From positions 86,895 through 150,894 of the forward strand of contig JABHSG010000003.1 in NCBI GenBank assembly GCA_018697095.1: 64,000 nt of DNA, given 5' to 3'. How positions within the stretch are numbered: the stretch's first letter is position 1; each line of letters opens with the position of its first letter. The stretch is from an archaeon (lineage in GTDB: Archaea > Nanobdellota > Nanobdellia > Woesearchaeales > GW2011-AR9). Positions 38,737-47,959 of the stretch are shown piece by piece. Under the pieces are notes generated by a model. That model ran no database searches. It was not told the DNA's origin and was given only the letters and a program-made list of their open reading frames with translations. The translations under genes were made by a program, and so were the position numbers.

Positions 38737-39060
38737 TCAACTATGGTTTTTATTATCTTTTTTAACAAGTTCTTGCTGGATTAACGTCATTTTTTCACTA
38801 AGTTTTTTTTCCTGACTTTCGATAGTTTTTATTTTAAGTTCACTTATCTTCATTTTTTCTGCAAGTTCTTTTTTTGCAGTTTCAATATCTTGTGCGATCA
38901 TTAATTTTCCTACTAATTTGTAGCTAGTTTTGCTCTCATCAATGTCTTGTAGTGCAGATTTAACTTCAGTAAGAATTTCATGCTCTTCTAATTTTTGTGA
39001 TGATAAGTGACCCATATTTTGTTCAAGAAGTCTAAGTTGTGAAAAATCTGAATCTGTCAT
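38737..39060 (-). CDS. pfdB: Prefoldin beta subunit.
   Basis: About 107-aa coiled-coil–hairpin–coiled-coil protein; conserved neighbourhood with rpoP and L37Ae. Confidence 0.5.
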   Translation of the reverse strand: MTDSDFSQLRLLEQNMGHLSSQKLEEHEILTEVKSALQDIDESKTSYKLVGKLMIAQDIETAKKELAEKMKISELKIKTIESQEKKLSEKMTLIQQELVKKDNKNHS

Positions 39061-39110
39061 TTTATTTCCTATTAAAAAGCTAAATTAAAGTAAATACATT
39101 AAAAACGCAA

Positions 39111-39245
39111 TTAACGCGCTTTAACAGTTACTGTAACACTTCGTCCTTTATACAGAATTTTACTTCCACAGTACGGGCATCTAACTCTTGTTACTGTGTA
39201 ACTTTGGTCAACATCTTTTCCACAATCAAAACAAGTATAATTCAT
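39111..39245 (-). CDS. rpoP: DNA-directed RNA polymerase subunit P (RpoP/Rpb12), 44 aa. It is absent from the ORF track because it is shorter than 60 aa.
   Basis: Manual translation gives MNYTCFDCGKDVDQSYTVTRVRCPYCGSKILYKGRSVTVTVKAR, a CxxC...CxxC zinc ribbon typical of RpoP, immediately downstream of L37Ae. Confidence 0.7.
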   Translation of the reverse strand: MNYTCFDCGKDVDQSYTVTRVRCPYCGSKILYKGRSVTVTVKAR

Positions 39246-39269
39246 TTTCTAAATATCTCCTTTAACGGC

Positions 39270-39473
39270 TTATGCAACGCTATATGCACGGCCAGCGATT
39301 TTTGCGCCACAACTAACACTTCGGCATTGCCAAATTCCCATTGCAAGGCGTTTTACATTAACTTTATTGCACACTGGACACTTATGCTTAGCACGTGAAC
39401 TCATCTCATGACGAGCAAACACTTGCCTTGTCTTTCGCCCATATCGAGCTCCAAATCTTTTTGCTGATGACAT
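39270..39473 (-). CDS. rpl37ae: 50S ribosomal protein L37Ae (eL43).
   Basis: MSSAKRFGARYGRKTRQ... plus a C4 zinc ribbon (CPVC...CRSVSC). The track ORF's 25-aa N-terminal extension would overlap tRNA-Pro, so the internal Met was chosen. Confidence 0.85.
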   Translation of the reverse strand: MSSAKRFGARYGRKTRQVFARHEMSSRAKHKCPVCNKVNVKRLAMGIWQCRSVSCGAKIAGRAYSVA

Positions 39474-39508
39474 TTTAATTCTCCTAATATCTATTCTAAA
39501 TTTTAAAG

Positions 39509-39583
39509 TGGGGCCGCCCGGATTTGAACCGGGGTTCAGGCGTCCCAAACGCCTAGTGATAGACCAAGCTACACTACGGCCCC
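39509..39583 (-). tRNA. tRNA-Pro (anticodon TGG); CCA not encoded.
   Basis: Hand-folded cloverleaf: acceptor GGGGCCG/CGGCCCC, anticodon stem AGGCG/CGCCT with loop TTTGGGA, T-arm CCCGG-TTCAAAT-CCGGG. Confidence 0.85.
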
Positions 39584-39773
39584 GAAAATGCAGCTTATAA
39601 ATGTTTCCCTACAAATACGAGAGTATTTGATTGTGCAGCAAGAGTGCGTTCATAAGCTCACTCACTTTACTTAATTGAAACATTCACATAGTCCGTAACT
39701 TCTTTAAAAAGGTTTGCGTGAACAAACTTCAAAAACTTTTTAATTTTTGTATGTTTGTTGTTCAATCGCAATA

Positions 39774-40886
39774 TCACTTCAATTGTAAAATCACTAGTTC
39801 TTTGCTACTTTTAGTTAATTTTTCAAGTTTCTCGTCAATAAAAACGCAAGTATCTTCAATTCTAAGTCCAAATTTTTCCGGATAATAGACGCCAGGCTCA
39901 ATTGTGAATGGCATTTTTTCTAAAATAACATTGGAATTCTTTGGATCTTTGCTTAATCTTGGTTTCTCGTGTACTTCACTACCAATCCCATGGCCTAATG
40001 TGTGAATAAAAAATTCTGCGTCTTTGCCAAGTCCTTGGCGAGCATGTGCATCCAAGTCAAAACATTTTAGGTTTACAGACGCTAACTGGACGCAACTCTT
40101 CTGTACATTCAATAATTTTTCATACTTTTTTAATTCGAATACACTAGGTTTGCCCAAATAGAGCATACGGGTCATATCAGAGCAGTATCCTTCAAACTTT
40201 GCACCAAAATCCAGCAGTAAAAATCCAGATTCAGAAGCATCATCTCCGCCTAGTCTAGTCAAACCAGGAACATGGTGCGGCACAGCGCTATTTTTTCCAA
40301 ATGCAGCGATTGCTGGGAAGCTAAGTCCTGCTCCTTGTTTTCGAATTTCTGCTTCTAAGAAAAGCGCAACTTCTATTTCTCGTGGAAAAGAGCCAAGCCC
40401 AGATTCTCGAAAATTCTCAAGAAGGAGCGCAAGGGCTCTATCCGCAATTTCTGCGGCTTTGCGCATCTTAGACAATTCTAACTCGCTTTTTACTAATCGA
40501 ATATTAGATGACTTTTCACTAATATCTACAAATTCAATGTCCTTTCCCGCAGATCCAAATTTCTGGTGGAACCCCCCAAACAATTTCACAGTCAAAGAAT
40601 TTTTGTTCACGCCAATGCGTAGTTTTTCTTTTTCCAAAGCACCTAGCCTTATAGCTAAATCATCCATCCAACTCTTCTTATATTCTAAAACTTCAACTCC
40701 CAAGGGTGCAGCAATATCATCTAGTGCCGATGCAAGTAACTCACATCTGTCTTGCCATATCAAAAGAACACCATAACTAAGGTTATTTTCTACAAAATAA
40801 TTCAAGTTAGTATCAGGGTGTACTAGAATACAAAGGTCCAAATCAGCTCCAGCCATATATTTTTGTAATTTGTCAACGTTCATCAA
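39774..40886 (-). CDS. M24-family Xaa-Pro aminopeptidase/prolidase.
   Basis: Pita-bread fold signature HTLGHGIGSEVHE and metal-ligand spacing. Confidence 0.75.
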   Translation of the reverse strand: MMNVDKLQKYMAGADLDLCILVHPDTNLNYFVENNLSYGVLLIWQDRCELLASALDDIAAPLGVEVLEYKKSWMDDLAIRLGALEKEKLRIGVNKNSLTVKLFGGFHQKFGSAGKDIEFVDISEKSSNIRLVKSELELSKMRKAAEIADRALALLLENFRESGLGSFPREIEVALFLEAEIRKQGAGLSFPAIAAFGKNSAVPHHVPGLTRLGGDDASESGFLLLDFGAKFEGYCSDMTRMLYLGKPSVFELKKYEKLLNVQKSCVQLASVNLKCFDLDAHARQGLGKDAEFFIHTLGHGIGSEVHEKPRLSKDPKNSNVILEKMPFTIEPGVYYPEKFGLRIEDTCVFIDEKLEKLTKSSKELVILQLK

Positions 40887-41020
40887 AAAATAGCGCTCAA
40901 GTTTCTTTATCTAGCTTATGTCTCATTTTTTTACTCTTAAGAATCACTATGCCAACGAAATTAATTTGTACGAAAATTAATTTAGTTAAGTATATAAACC
41001 CAAAAAAGAACATTTCTATT

Positions 41021-42235
41021 ATGAAAAAACATGTTTTACCTTCTGGTATCACTTTATTGTACGAGCATAAGCGTGGCCGCTCAGTTTCCATTCAAATAAT
41101 GGTTGGAGTAGGTAGTAACGACGAAAAAGCTGGTCAAAAAGGGATTGCTCACATGGTTGAACATCTAGTCTTTGAAGGAACTAACAAACGCTCACGTGCA
41201 AAAATAATTGCAAATGAAATAGAGTCTCTTGGTGGTGATTTTAACGCTTATACTACAAATTGGCGAACTAGTTATTACATCAAGGTCTTAAACAAACATT
41301 TGCCTAAAGCAATAAATATCCTTGCAGACATTCTTCAAAATTCAATATTTCGTGATGAAGATTTTCAAAGAGAAAGAAAAGTTGTACTTAAGGAAATAGA
41401 TATGTTTTTTGACGACCCAAAATCAAGTGGTTGGCTTGAATTAGAAAAATCACTTTTCAAAAAAAACAATTGTAAATGTCCAAGTTATGGGAAAAAAGAA
41501 GACATCAAAAAATTCAATAGAAATAAGGTATATGAATTTTATAAAAAAAATTACATTGCTCAAAATTTAACTATTGCTATCTCTGGAGATGTTTCTAAAT
41601 ACAAACAGTTAGTACAAAAAGCCTTCAAGGAGTTTCCAAAAGGTAAACCTAGCAAAAGGCCAAAGGTTTTAGAGACGCCCCTAAAAAGATCTTTCAAAAA
41701 AACCAGAAAGAAAGATTACTCATCAAGTTATTTACTCAGGGGTTATCCAGTGGTACCTCGCTCCCATAAAGACAGTTACACTTTAGATATTATTGCGGCA
41801 ATTTTAGGTAAAGGCCAAAGTGGGAAACTTTTTTCTGAAATTAGAGGAAAAAGAGGTTTAGCTTATGACATAGGAATAGAACACTCAGCAGAGGTTGACT
41901 TTGGTTATGTTGTAGTTTTTGCTTCAGCAAGTAAAAAACATCTAAAAGAAGTTCAAAAACTAATTCAACTAGAAATCAATAAATTGCAAGACTCAAGTCA
42001 TACTACTTTAAAAGATCTTAAAGACGCTAAGACTTATCTTGAAGGTGATTTTTTGATGGACCTTGATGACCCTCAAAAAATTACAGATGGGCTTTTATTC
42101 TGGCAAGATATAGGTCAAGCTAAAGACATGAGTCAGTACATCAAAAAAATCAAACAAGTAACTCTTAGTGACATCAAAAGAGTCGCCAAAAAGTACCTAA
42201 GAAATCACGGAACGATGATTTTAGAAGGGAAATAG
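41021..42235 (+). CDS. M16-family (pitrilysin-like) zinc peptidase.
   Basis: Inverted zincin motif HMVEHLVFEGT (HxxEH). The track start at 40949 is probably an N-terminal over-extension. Confidence 0.7.
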   Translation: MKKHVLPSGITLLYEHKRGRSVSIQIMVGVGSNDEKAGQKGIAHMVEHLVFEGTNKRSRAKIIANEIESLGGDFNAYTTNWRTSYYIKVLNKHLPKAINILADILQNSIFRDEDFQRERKVVLKEIDMFFDDPKSSGWLELEKSLFKKNNCKCPSYGKKEDIKKFNRNKVYEFYKKNYIAQNLTIAISGDVSKYKQLVQKAFKEFPKGKPSKRPKVLETPLKRSFKKTRKKDYSSSYLLRGYPVVPRSHKDSYTLDIIAAILGKGQSGKLFSEIRGKRGLAYDIGIEHSAEVDFGYVVVFASASKKHLKEVQKLIQLEINKLQDSSHTTLKDLKDAKTYLEGDFLMDLDDPQKITDGLLFWQDIGQAKDMSQYIKKIKQVTLSDIKRVAKKYLRNHGTMILEGK

Positions 42236-42257
42236 TTGCCAGAATAAATTATTAGAA

Positions 42258-42740
42258 TCAAAGTGCTAATATCTTAAACCCATCCCGTAATATTTTAACC
42301 AATTTATGGAATTCTTCTTGAGCAAATTCTAATGTTGCAGTATTGATATTTGGGTGAAATCCTACTATCTTAGCATCCCATAATTCTTTATCAATAACTA
42401 AGTTAACTTTTTTCTCAGAATCATTAAGTAAACCAAGAATGGAAACTGAACCAGGAAGTAGCCCTAAAGAATCTTTCAATTCATTTTCATTAGCAAATTT
42501 CAACTTTTTAGCTTCAAGTATTTTACTAAGTTCATCAAGACGCGCTTTTTTATTTGCCGGTAAAATAACTAAAAAGAAATTATTTCCCTTTCTACTTTTC
42601 AAAAATAAATTTTTGCAAGCAGTCCCTGGAATACCTTTGCAATGGATGTCAGCCTCAGCGCAAGTAAACACCGCGGGGTGCTGATGCAATTTATACTTTA
42701 ATTCATGTTCATCTAGAAAATCTTGAACATTTTGATCCAT
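42258..42740 (-). CDS. YbaK/ProX-family aminoacyl-tRNA deacylase.
   Basis: Conserved ...CKNLFLKSRKGNNFFLVILPANKKARL... block characteristic of YbaK/ProX. Confidence 0.65.
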   Translation of the reverse strand: MDQNVQDFLDEHELKYKLHQHPAVFTCAEADIHCKGIPGTACKNLFLKSRKGNNFFLVILPANKKARLDELSKILEAKKLKFANENELKDSLGLLPGSVSILGLLNDSEKKVNLVIDKELWDAKIVGFHPNINTATLEFAQEEFHKLVKILRDGFKILAL

Positions 42741-42741
42741 T

Positions 42742-43836
42742 TTACCTAGTTACAATAAACCCTTCAACTTGCTCTTTAAGCGCAGCTGCAGTTTTATCTT
42801 TTGCAAAGTGTTCTCGTACAGGTTCTAGGAATCTATCAATATATTTAGCAGTTGTTTGTTTCAAATCTAGTGGGTGCAAATCGCCAGCCACATATGCTTT
42901 CTCCAAGTCAGAATAATTAGTAAAAGAAATATTGCCACCAAACTTCTCTGGCCTCTCAATCACATACTCTTCTTTATCTAAAATTTCAAACACAATATAT
43001 TTGCAATATTCAAGTACAGGGTTTTCTTTAACTTCTTTAGCTGGGCACCATGCATTTTTCATTTTGCGTTTAACGTCAGCGCTTGAGTCAGTCATAAAAA
43101 TGGCAGTATCAGGTAGAGATTTACTCATCTTCAATTTGATTGCTCGCTCTGCCCCACTTAAACCTTCAACGCTTGGTTGCTGCAGGCCCATCAGCATATG
43201 ATGTGAAAGTGAAATCGGTTTCCATTTGCCAAGACTTGGTCCAACTTCTCTTGCCATCATGTTAACTTTACGCTGGTCAAGACCAAGTTGCGCAATATCA
43301 GCTTTCAGATAGAAAATATCAGCTGCTTGCATACAAGGATAAAATATTTGAGATGCATGTAATTTAGCGTCTTCGCTTCGTCCCATAATCTCAACGCAAC
43401 GCATAACTCGCTTGAGTGTATTTTTTGTAGCAACTTCCATTACTGTTTTCCAATAAGCAGGGTCTTTCATAGCTTCGTTTGCCCATACAAATTCTACATG
43501 GTCCAAATTCATTCCACAAGCTTTCCAAACTTCAATAAAGTATTTCCCAGTGATCTGAATCTTCTCCAAATCGCCACCTAGTTTGCCATTCGCCCATGCA
43601 TGCCAATCAGCTACCCACATTTTAAAGTGCCCACCAGCAGCAATTACTTTGTTTACATTCACTGCGCGTAAAAGGCCTTGTGCTATGTGTATTCTTCCAG
43701 AAGGTTCAAACCCATCATAAGCAATAAAACGAGACTTAATGCCATCGTGCTTTTCAAGAAGCGCCACAACTTCTTCTTCTTTTACAATTTCTTCGCCAAC
43801 TTCCTTAAGAAGTGCTAATCTCTTCTGAATATCCAT
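42742..43836 (-). CDS. tyrS: Tyrosyl-tRNA synthetase, archaeal/eukaryotic type.
   Basis: HIGH-region GFEPSGRIHIAQG, KMSKS, and a C-terminal block IERPEKFGGNISFTNY matching archaeal TyrRS (compare M. jannaschii IKRPEKFGG). Confidence 0.8.
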   Translation of the reverse strand: MDIQKRLALLKEVGEEIVKEEEVVALLEKHDGIKSRFIAYDGFEPSGRIHIAQGLLRAVNVNKVIAAGGHFKMWVADWHAWANGKLGGDLEKIQITGKYFIEVWKACGMNLDHVEFVWANEAMKDPAYWKTVMEVATKNTLKRVMRCVEIMGRSEDAKLHASQIFYPCMQAADIFYLKADIAQLGLDQRKVNMMAREVGPSLGKWKPISLSHHMLMGLQQPSVEGLSGAERAIKLKMSKSLPDTAIFMTDSSADVKRKMKNAWCPAKEVKENPVLEYCKYIVFEILDKEEYVIERPEKFGGNISFTNYSDLEKAYVAGDLHPLDLKQTTAKYIDRFLEPVREHFAKDKTAAALKEQVEGFIVTR

Positions 43837-43919
43837 AGCTGAGCATACAGCCCCATAATATATAAAATCATTCTAGTAAAAGGTAATTTTTAAAAACAAA
43901 GCCACTAAAAAGCTATACT

Positions 43920-44597
43920 ATGGCAGAAAATAACACTAACAATTCAAACTCAAGCAGTAAACCAATCATTCTATTCGATTTTTGGGGAACTTTAGCGCAG
44001 CAAGGCGTATATTCACCAGTAAAACAAATTAAAGCAATCATAAAGCCAAATATTCCATTCAAAGAATACATCAAACGTATGCAAAATTCACTTCTAACCA
44101 AAAACTTTGAGAGTATGCGTGAAGCATTCGAAGAAGTTTATGAAGAGTTTAATATTGATTCAACTCCAAAAAAGTTAGATGACCTTGTTGGCATGTGGAA
44201 TAAGAACTGGCTACTTGCAACACTCTTTGATGATACTAAAAAGGCCCTAGAAGAATTAAAACAAACTCATAAAATTGTACTAATTGCTAATTCTGACAAA
44301 GCATCAATAAATAACGTGTTAAACAAATTCGAACTAACCAATTTGTTTGATGAAATTTTTCTTTCTTGTAACCTAGGAGTTATCAAAAGTGACCCTGAAT
44401 TTTTAGAAAAAGTTGTTGAACTTCTTGGCACAACTAAAGAAAATGTAACTGTTGTTGGTGATAGTATGCAGTCAGACATCTATCCAGCAAAAGATCAACA
44501 AATCAAAGCAGTCTTAGTAGACAGAAAAGGCAATAGGGAGTTCACCCCTAAAGTTACTACCCTCAAAAATCTAAAAATAGCTTTAGAAGATAACTAA
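43920..44597 (+). CDS. HAD-superfamily hydrolase (subfamily IA-like).
   Basis: Motif I LFDFWGTL; motif IV VGDSMQSDI. Confidence 0.55.
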   Translation: MAENNTNNSNSSSKPIILFDFWGTLAQQGVYSPVKQIKAIIKPNIPFKEYIKRMQNSLLTKNFESMREAFEEVYEEFNIDSTPKKLDDLVGMWNKNWLLATLFDDTKKALEELKQTHKIVLIANSDKASINNVLNKFELTNLFDEIFLSCNLGVIKSDPEFLEKVVELLGTTKENVTVVGDSMQSDIYPAKDQQIKAVLVDRKGNREFTPKVTTLKNLKIALEDN

Positions 44598-44654
44598 TAC
44601 TATTGTCTTAGCAAGAGTAACATTTATCTAGCGACTTATCTTTTCCAGTCTACA

Positions 44655-45557
44655 ATGAAAGTAACATTTTTGGGCACCACTTGTATGCAGCCTACAGTTG
44701 AGCGTAATCACAGTGCAATTCTTATTCAGCGAGATGACCAAAACATTCTTTTCGACTGTGGTGAAGGAACTCAGCGCCAACTAAAAATTGCAGGTATCAA
44801 ACCAACCAAAATAACTAAAATTTGTATTAGTCATTGGCATGGAGACCATGTACTTGGATTGCCAGGGCTTCTTTCAACTATGGGCGCAAATGAATATCAA
44901 GGAACGATTGAAATTTATGGTCCTAAGGGAAGCAAGAAACTATTTTCCTACATGAAAAAAGCGTTCCCAAGCCTCAACGCAATTAAGTACAAACTCACTG
45001 AATCAACTAATCCGCAAACAATCAAAATCAACAAAGACATAACATTGCAAACTCAACTTCTCAAACATTCAACTCCTTGCATTGGCTTTGCATTAAAAGA
45101 AAACGATAAACGTAGTATTAACAAATCAAAACTAAAAAAATTAAAAATTCCACCTGGTCCACACTTAGCTAAAATTCATCAAGGAAAATCAATCAAAGTA
45201 AATAATAAGACTATCACTGCAGACATGATTTCAACACTCAGCAAAGGAAAAAAATTGGCGTACGTACCAGACACTCGGCCTTGTAAGGGTGCACAATTGC
45301 TCGCAAAAGATGCTGACCTATTAATCATCGAATCTACTTTCCACTCAAGTGACATTGCGCACGCCAAAAAACACGACCATATGACTGCAAAAGAAAGTGC
45401 GCAATTAGCACAAAAAGCAAACGTAAAAAAACTCATCCTCACACATCCATCTTTAAGATACAAAACAACAACCTCACTTCTAAAAGAAGCAAAGCAGCAC
45501 TTCAAACCATCAAAGAACGTAACTTTCGCCAAGGATTTTCTAGTAGTAAATGTATGA
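44655..45557 (+). CDS. rnz: Ribonuclease Z (tRNA 3'-processing endonuclease), short form.
   Basis: HxHxDH (SHWHGDHV) and strong similarity across the length to bacterial and archaeal RNase Z (…IPPGP…, …LILTH…). Confidence 0.85.
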   Translation: MKVTFLGTTCMQPTVERNHSAILIQRDDQNILFDCGEGTQRQLKIAGIKPTKITKICISHWHGDHVLGLPGLLSTMGANEYQGTIEIYGPKGSKKLFSYMKKAFPSLNAIKYKLTESTNPQTIKINKDITLQTQLLKHSTPCIGFALKENDKRSINKSKLKKLKIPPGPHLAKIHQGKSIKVNNKTITADMISTLSKGKKLAYVPDTRPCKGAQLLAKDADLLIIESTFHSSDIAHAKKHDHMTAKESAQLAQKANVKKLILTHPSLRYKTTTSLLKEAKQHFKPSKNVTFAKDFLVVNV

Positions 45558-45593
45558 ATCTAATTATGTTATGTTTCTGATAACTGAACGCAG

Positions 45594-45971
45594 TTGGACA
45601 ATAATACAGTGGGTTTTGAGTACACACTCACTTGTCACCATTTTAAAGTAGCAAACAAAGAAAGATTTATAAAGTTTATATCAATATCTGTTAGCATGAG
45701 TAAAGAATCAGATCTCAAACAAATTTTAAATCAAAGCGCACTTATGGTCGCCGCTGCTAGTGTTGGTAAATATGGCTCCTTCTTAGGTGGTATTTCCAGC
45801 GTAATTGGTGATGAACCAGATGTTGGAATGGCATTTTTTGCTGGAACGGTATATGTGACTAGTTGTTTGGCGGAATATTATGCGAAAGGAATTTCTACAG
45901 CAGCTACGGTAGAACCATTAAGTGAGACATTAGATAAAATTGCAGAAAATTTAGGCATTTATAAAAATTAA
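45594..45971 (+). CDS. Hypothetical small protein (the real start is probably the internal Met near 45696).
   Basis: ORF only. Confidence 0.3.
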   Translation: MDNNTVGFEYTLTCHHFKVANKERFIKFISISVSMSKESDLKQILNQSALMVAAASVGKYGSFLGGISSVIGDEPDVGMAFFAGTVYVTSCLAEYYAKGISTAATVEPLSETLDKIAENLGIYKN

Positions 45972-46133
45972 ATATTTAACTCAATTTCTAAATTAGGCGG
46001 AATACTTTTTTGTGTGAAGTAAGGTATTAGTTCGTGAACATTTATTTTTATCTGGTCTTTTTCATGACCCACTACCCGCACTGGTCACCTTCACTCAATC
46101 CTTAAAAGGCGTATCCCCTTTGTTTCTTATGCA

Positions 46134-46616
46134 ATGTCAGACATAAAAATTACAAAACCCAAAAAAATTAAGAAAATCAAGAAGAAACGCTCTATAAATC
46201 GCAAGGCTAAGGGCATTAATGCAGAGCGAGACCTAATCCATAAGTTCCATGCGCTTAGCTGGTCAGCAGTACGTATCGCTGGCTCAGGTTCCACTAGGTA
46301 TCCAGCTCCAGATCTTCTTGCAGGTAACGGTCACAGACGTATCGCAATTGAAGCTAAAAGCACAGCAGACTCTAGAAAATATTTTAGTCATGAAGATATT
46401 GATCAACTAAGAACCTTCTCAAGAAATTTTGGTTGTGAATTTTGGCTAGCCGTAAAATTCCAAGGAGAAAATTGGACTTTTTTCCACCCAGAGGACCTTC
46501 AAGAAACAAAAACTGCTTTTGTAGCTACAGTGCAATTAAGTGAACGTATTGGATTAAATCTATCAGAACTGCTTGCCGTAACCCAAAATAACCCACTCCA
46601 GGGCCAAAACCTTTAA
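46134..46616 (+). CDS. hjc: Holliday junction resolvase Hjc with a Lys-rich N-terminal extension.
   Basis: Hjc core GINAERDLIHKF...VRIAGSG...PDLLAGNG...IAIEAKST...FWLAVKF matches the archaeal Hjc catalytic motifs (E..D..EAK). Confidence 0.85.
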   Translation: MSDIKITKPKKIKKIKKKRSINRKAKGINAERDLIHKFHALSWSAVRIAGSGSTRYPAPDLLAGNGHRRIAIEAKSTADSRKYFSHEDIDQLRTFSRNFGCEFWLAVKFQGENWTFFHPEDLQETKTAFVATVQLSERIGLNLSELLAVTQNNPLQGQNL

Positions 46617-46641
46617 AAGAGCCATTTCTAATTGTACTTCA

Positions 46642-47502
46642 ATGCGACTCACTCCTCAAAAAGTAGAAGAAGTAATCTTTCGAATAGTTCGTGAAGATGG
46701 GCTTGAATTAGTAGCTTTACTTAAGGGCAAAGAGAACGTTTCTGAGTTCGATATTGCAACTAAACTCAAAAAAGACATAAAATTAGTTAGACGTATGCTT
46801 TATTTTCTATATAACAAAAATCTTGTTTCCTTCACACGAAAAAAGGACAAACAAAAAGGTTGGTACATTTATTATTGGACTTTAGAGATGGATGCCATCA
46901 AATTTGAATATATTAAACAAAAAAAACAAACTTTAGAACGTCTTGAAGCTACACTTGAAAAAGAGCAAAAAGAGGTTTTTTACGTTTGTTCTGATACTTG
47001 TGTTCGTCTTGACATGAATGAATCTTTAGATTATGATTTTCATTGCCCTGAATGTGGGAACCTTCTAGAACAAGATGAAAACAGTGAGAAAATTTCCCGG
47101 TTAAATAAAAGAATAGCTGACCTAAAAGTTGAATTAGAAGCAATTCACAAATCAGAAGCAATTCGTCTTGAAAAAGCTGCTGCAAAAGCAAAAGAAGAAC
47201 GCCTTAAAGAGGAAGCAGAAGCAAAAGAAGCTTCAAACGAAAAGCGAAGAGAAACTATTCGTAAGAAAAAAGAAGCTCTTGCTAAAAAAAATGCTGCTAA
47301 AGAAGCTAAATCTGCTAAGAAAAAAACCGCTAAAGCTAAAGTAGCTAAGCCTAAAAAAGCAGCAAAAAAGAAATCTTCAAAGAAAAAGGCAGCTGCTAAG
47401 AAAAAAACCGCTAAAGCTAAAGTAGCTAAGCCTAAAAAAGCAGCAAAAAAGAAATCTCCAAAGAAAAAAGCAGCAACTAAGAAAAAAACCGCTGAAAAAT
47501 AA
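46642..47502 (+). CDS. tfe: Transcription factor E (TFE/TFIIE-alpha homolog) with a long Lys/Ala-rich, histone-H1-like C-terminal tail.
   Basis: N-terminal winged helix, Zn ribbon (CSDTC...CPECG), coiled-coil, then an AKKAAKKK repeat tail. Confidence 0.7.
   Translation: MRLTPQKVEEVIFRIVREDGLELVALLKGKENVSEFDIATKLKKDIKLVRRMLYFLYNKNLVSFTRKKDKQKGWYIYYWTLEMDAIKFEYIKQKKQTLERLEATLEKEQKEVFYVCSDTCVRLDMNESLDYDFHCPECGNLLEQDENSEKISRLNKRIADLKVELEAIHKSEAIRLEKAAAKAKEERLKEEAEAKEASNEKRRETIRKKKEALAKKNAAKEAKSAKKKTAKAKVAKPKKAAKKKSSKKKAAAKKKTAKAKVAKPKKAAKKKSPKKKAATKKKTAEK
47320..47500 (+). repeat. 81-nt tandem repeat (about 2.2 copies) encoding KKTAKAKVAKPKKAAKKKS(S/P)KKKAA(A/T)K within the tfe 3' end.
   Basis: Copy 1 starts at 47320 and copy 2 at 47401; they are near-identical with a few substitutions, and a partial third copy runs into the stop codon. 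Confidence 0.85.
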
Positions 47503-47568
47503 TCTATTAGAAAAAAATAGTAAATAAAATCAAGTTCTTAAAAAAATTTAAAAAATAATAAAAGAAAA

Positions 47569-47826
47569 CTAACGTTTTCTTCTTTTAGTAGCTTTCTTAC
47601 GTGCTGGTTTACGAGCAACTTTTCGTTTCTTACTCACAGCAGCTAAGATCATATCTTCTTCTTTCAAAATTTTGCTAGTCATTCTTGAGATATTCATCTC
47701 AACACCTGCAACACGTCTCTCAAGCAAGATTAAAACCCGCAAAGAGTATACAATTGCAGCTAGTGTTCCAATAATCACCGCTAAAATAACTTCTGATAAT
47801 GCTAATGTAGCCATTTTTTCATTCAC
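47569..47826 (-). CDS. Small single-TM protein with a strongly basic C-terminal tail.
   Basis: Hydrophobic helix plus a KKRKVARKPARKKATKRRKR tail. Confidence 0.35.
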   Translation of the reverse strand: MNEKMATLALSEVILAVIIGTLAAIVYSLRVLILLERRVAGVEMNISRMTSKILKEEDMILAAVSKKRKVARKPARKKATKRRKR

Positions 47827-47959
47827 CTCGATTATAATTCTAATACTTAGATAACCTATTTAGCGTATATAAATGTTATTGCCTATCAGCAATAACGTTC
47901 GCAGAAACTAAAGCGTTTCTGCATAAATCTGTTGCCAAACCAATCAAGTTTCACTCTTT

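Noticed and set aside
39474-39548. N-terminal 25-aa extension of the L37Ae ORF as given in the track.
   Set aside because: It would run through tRNA-Pro on the same strand. The conserved L37Ae N-terminus begins at the internal Met (MSSAKRFGARYG).
39594-39601. TTTATAAG box 12–19 nt upstream of the tRNA-Pro 5' end, considered as its promoter.
   Set aside because: It is too close to the mature 5' end for the usual archaeal TATA-to-TSS spacing of about 25 nt. Not called.
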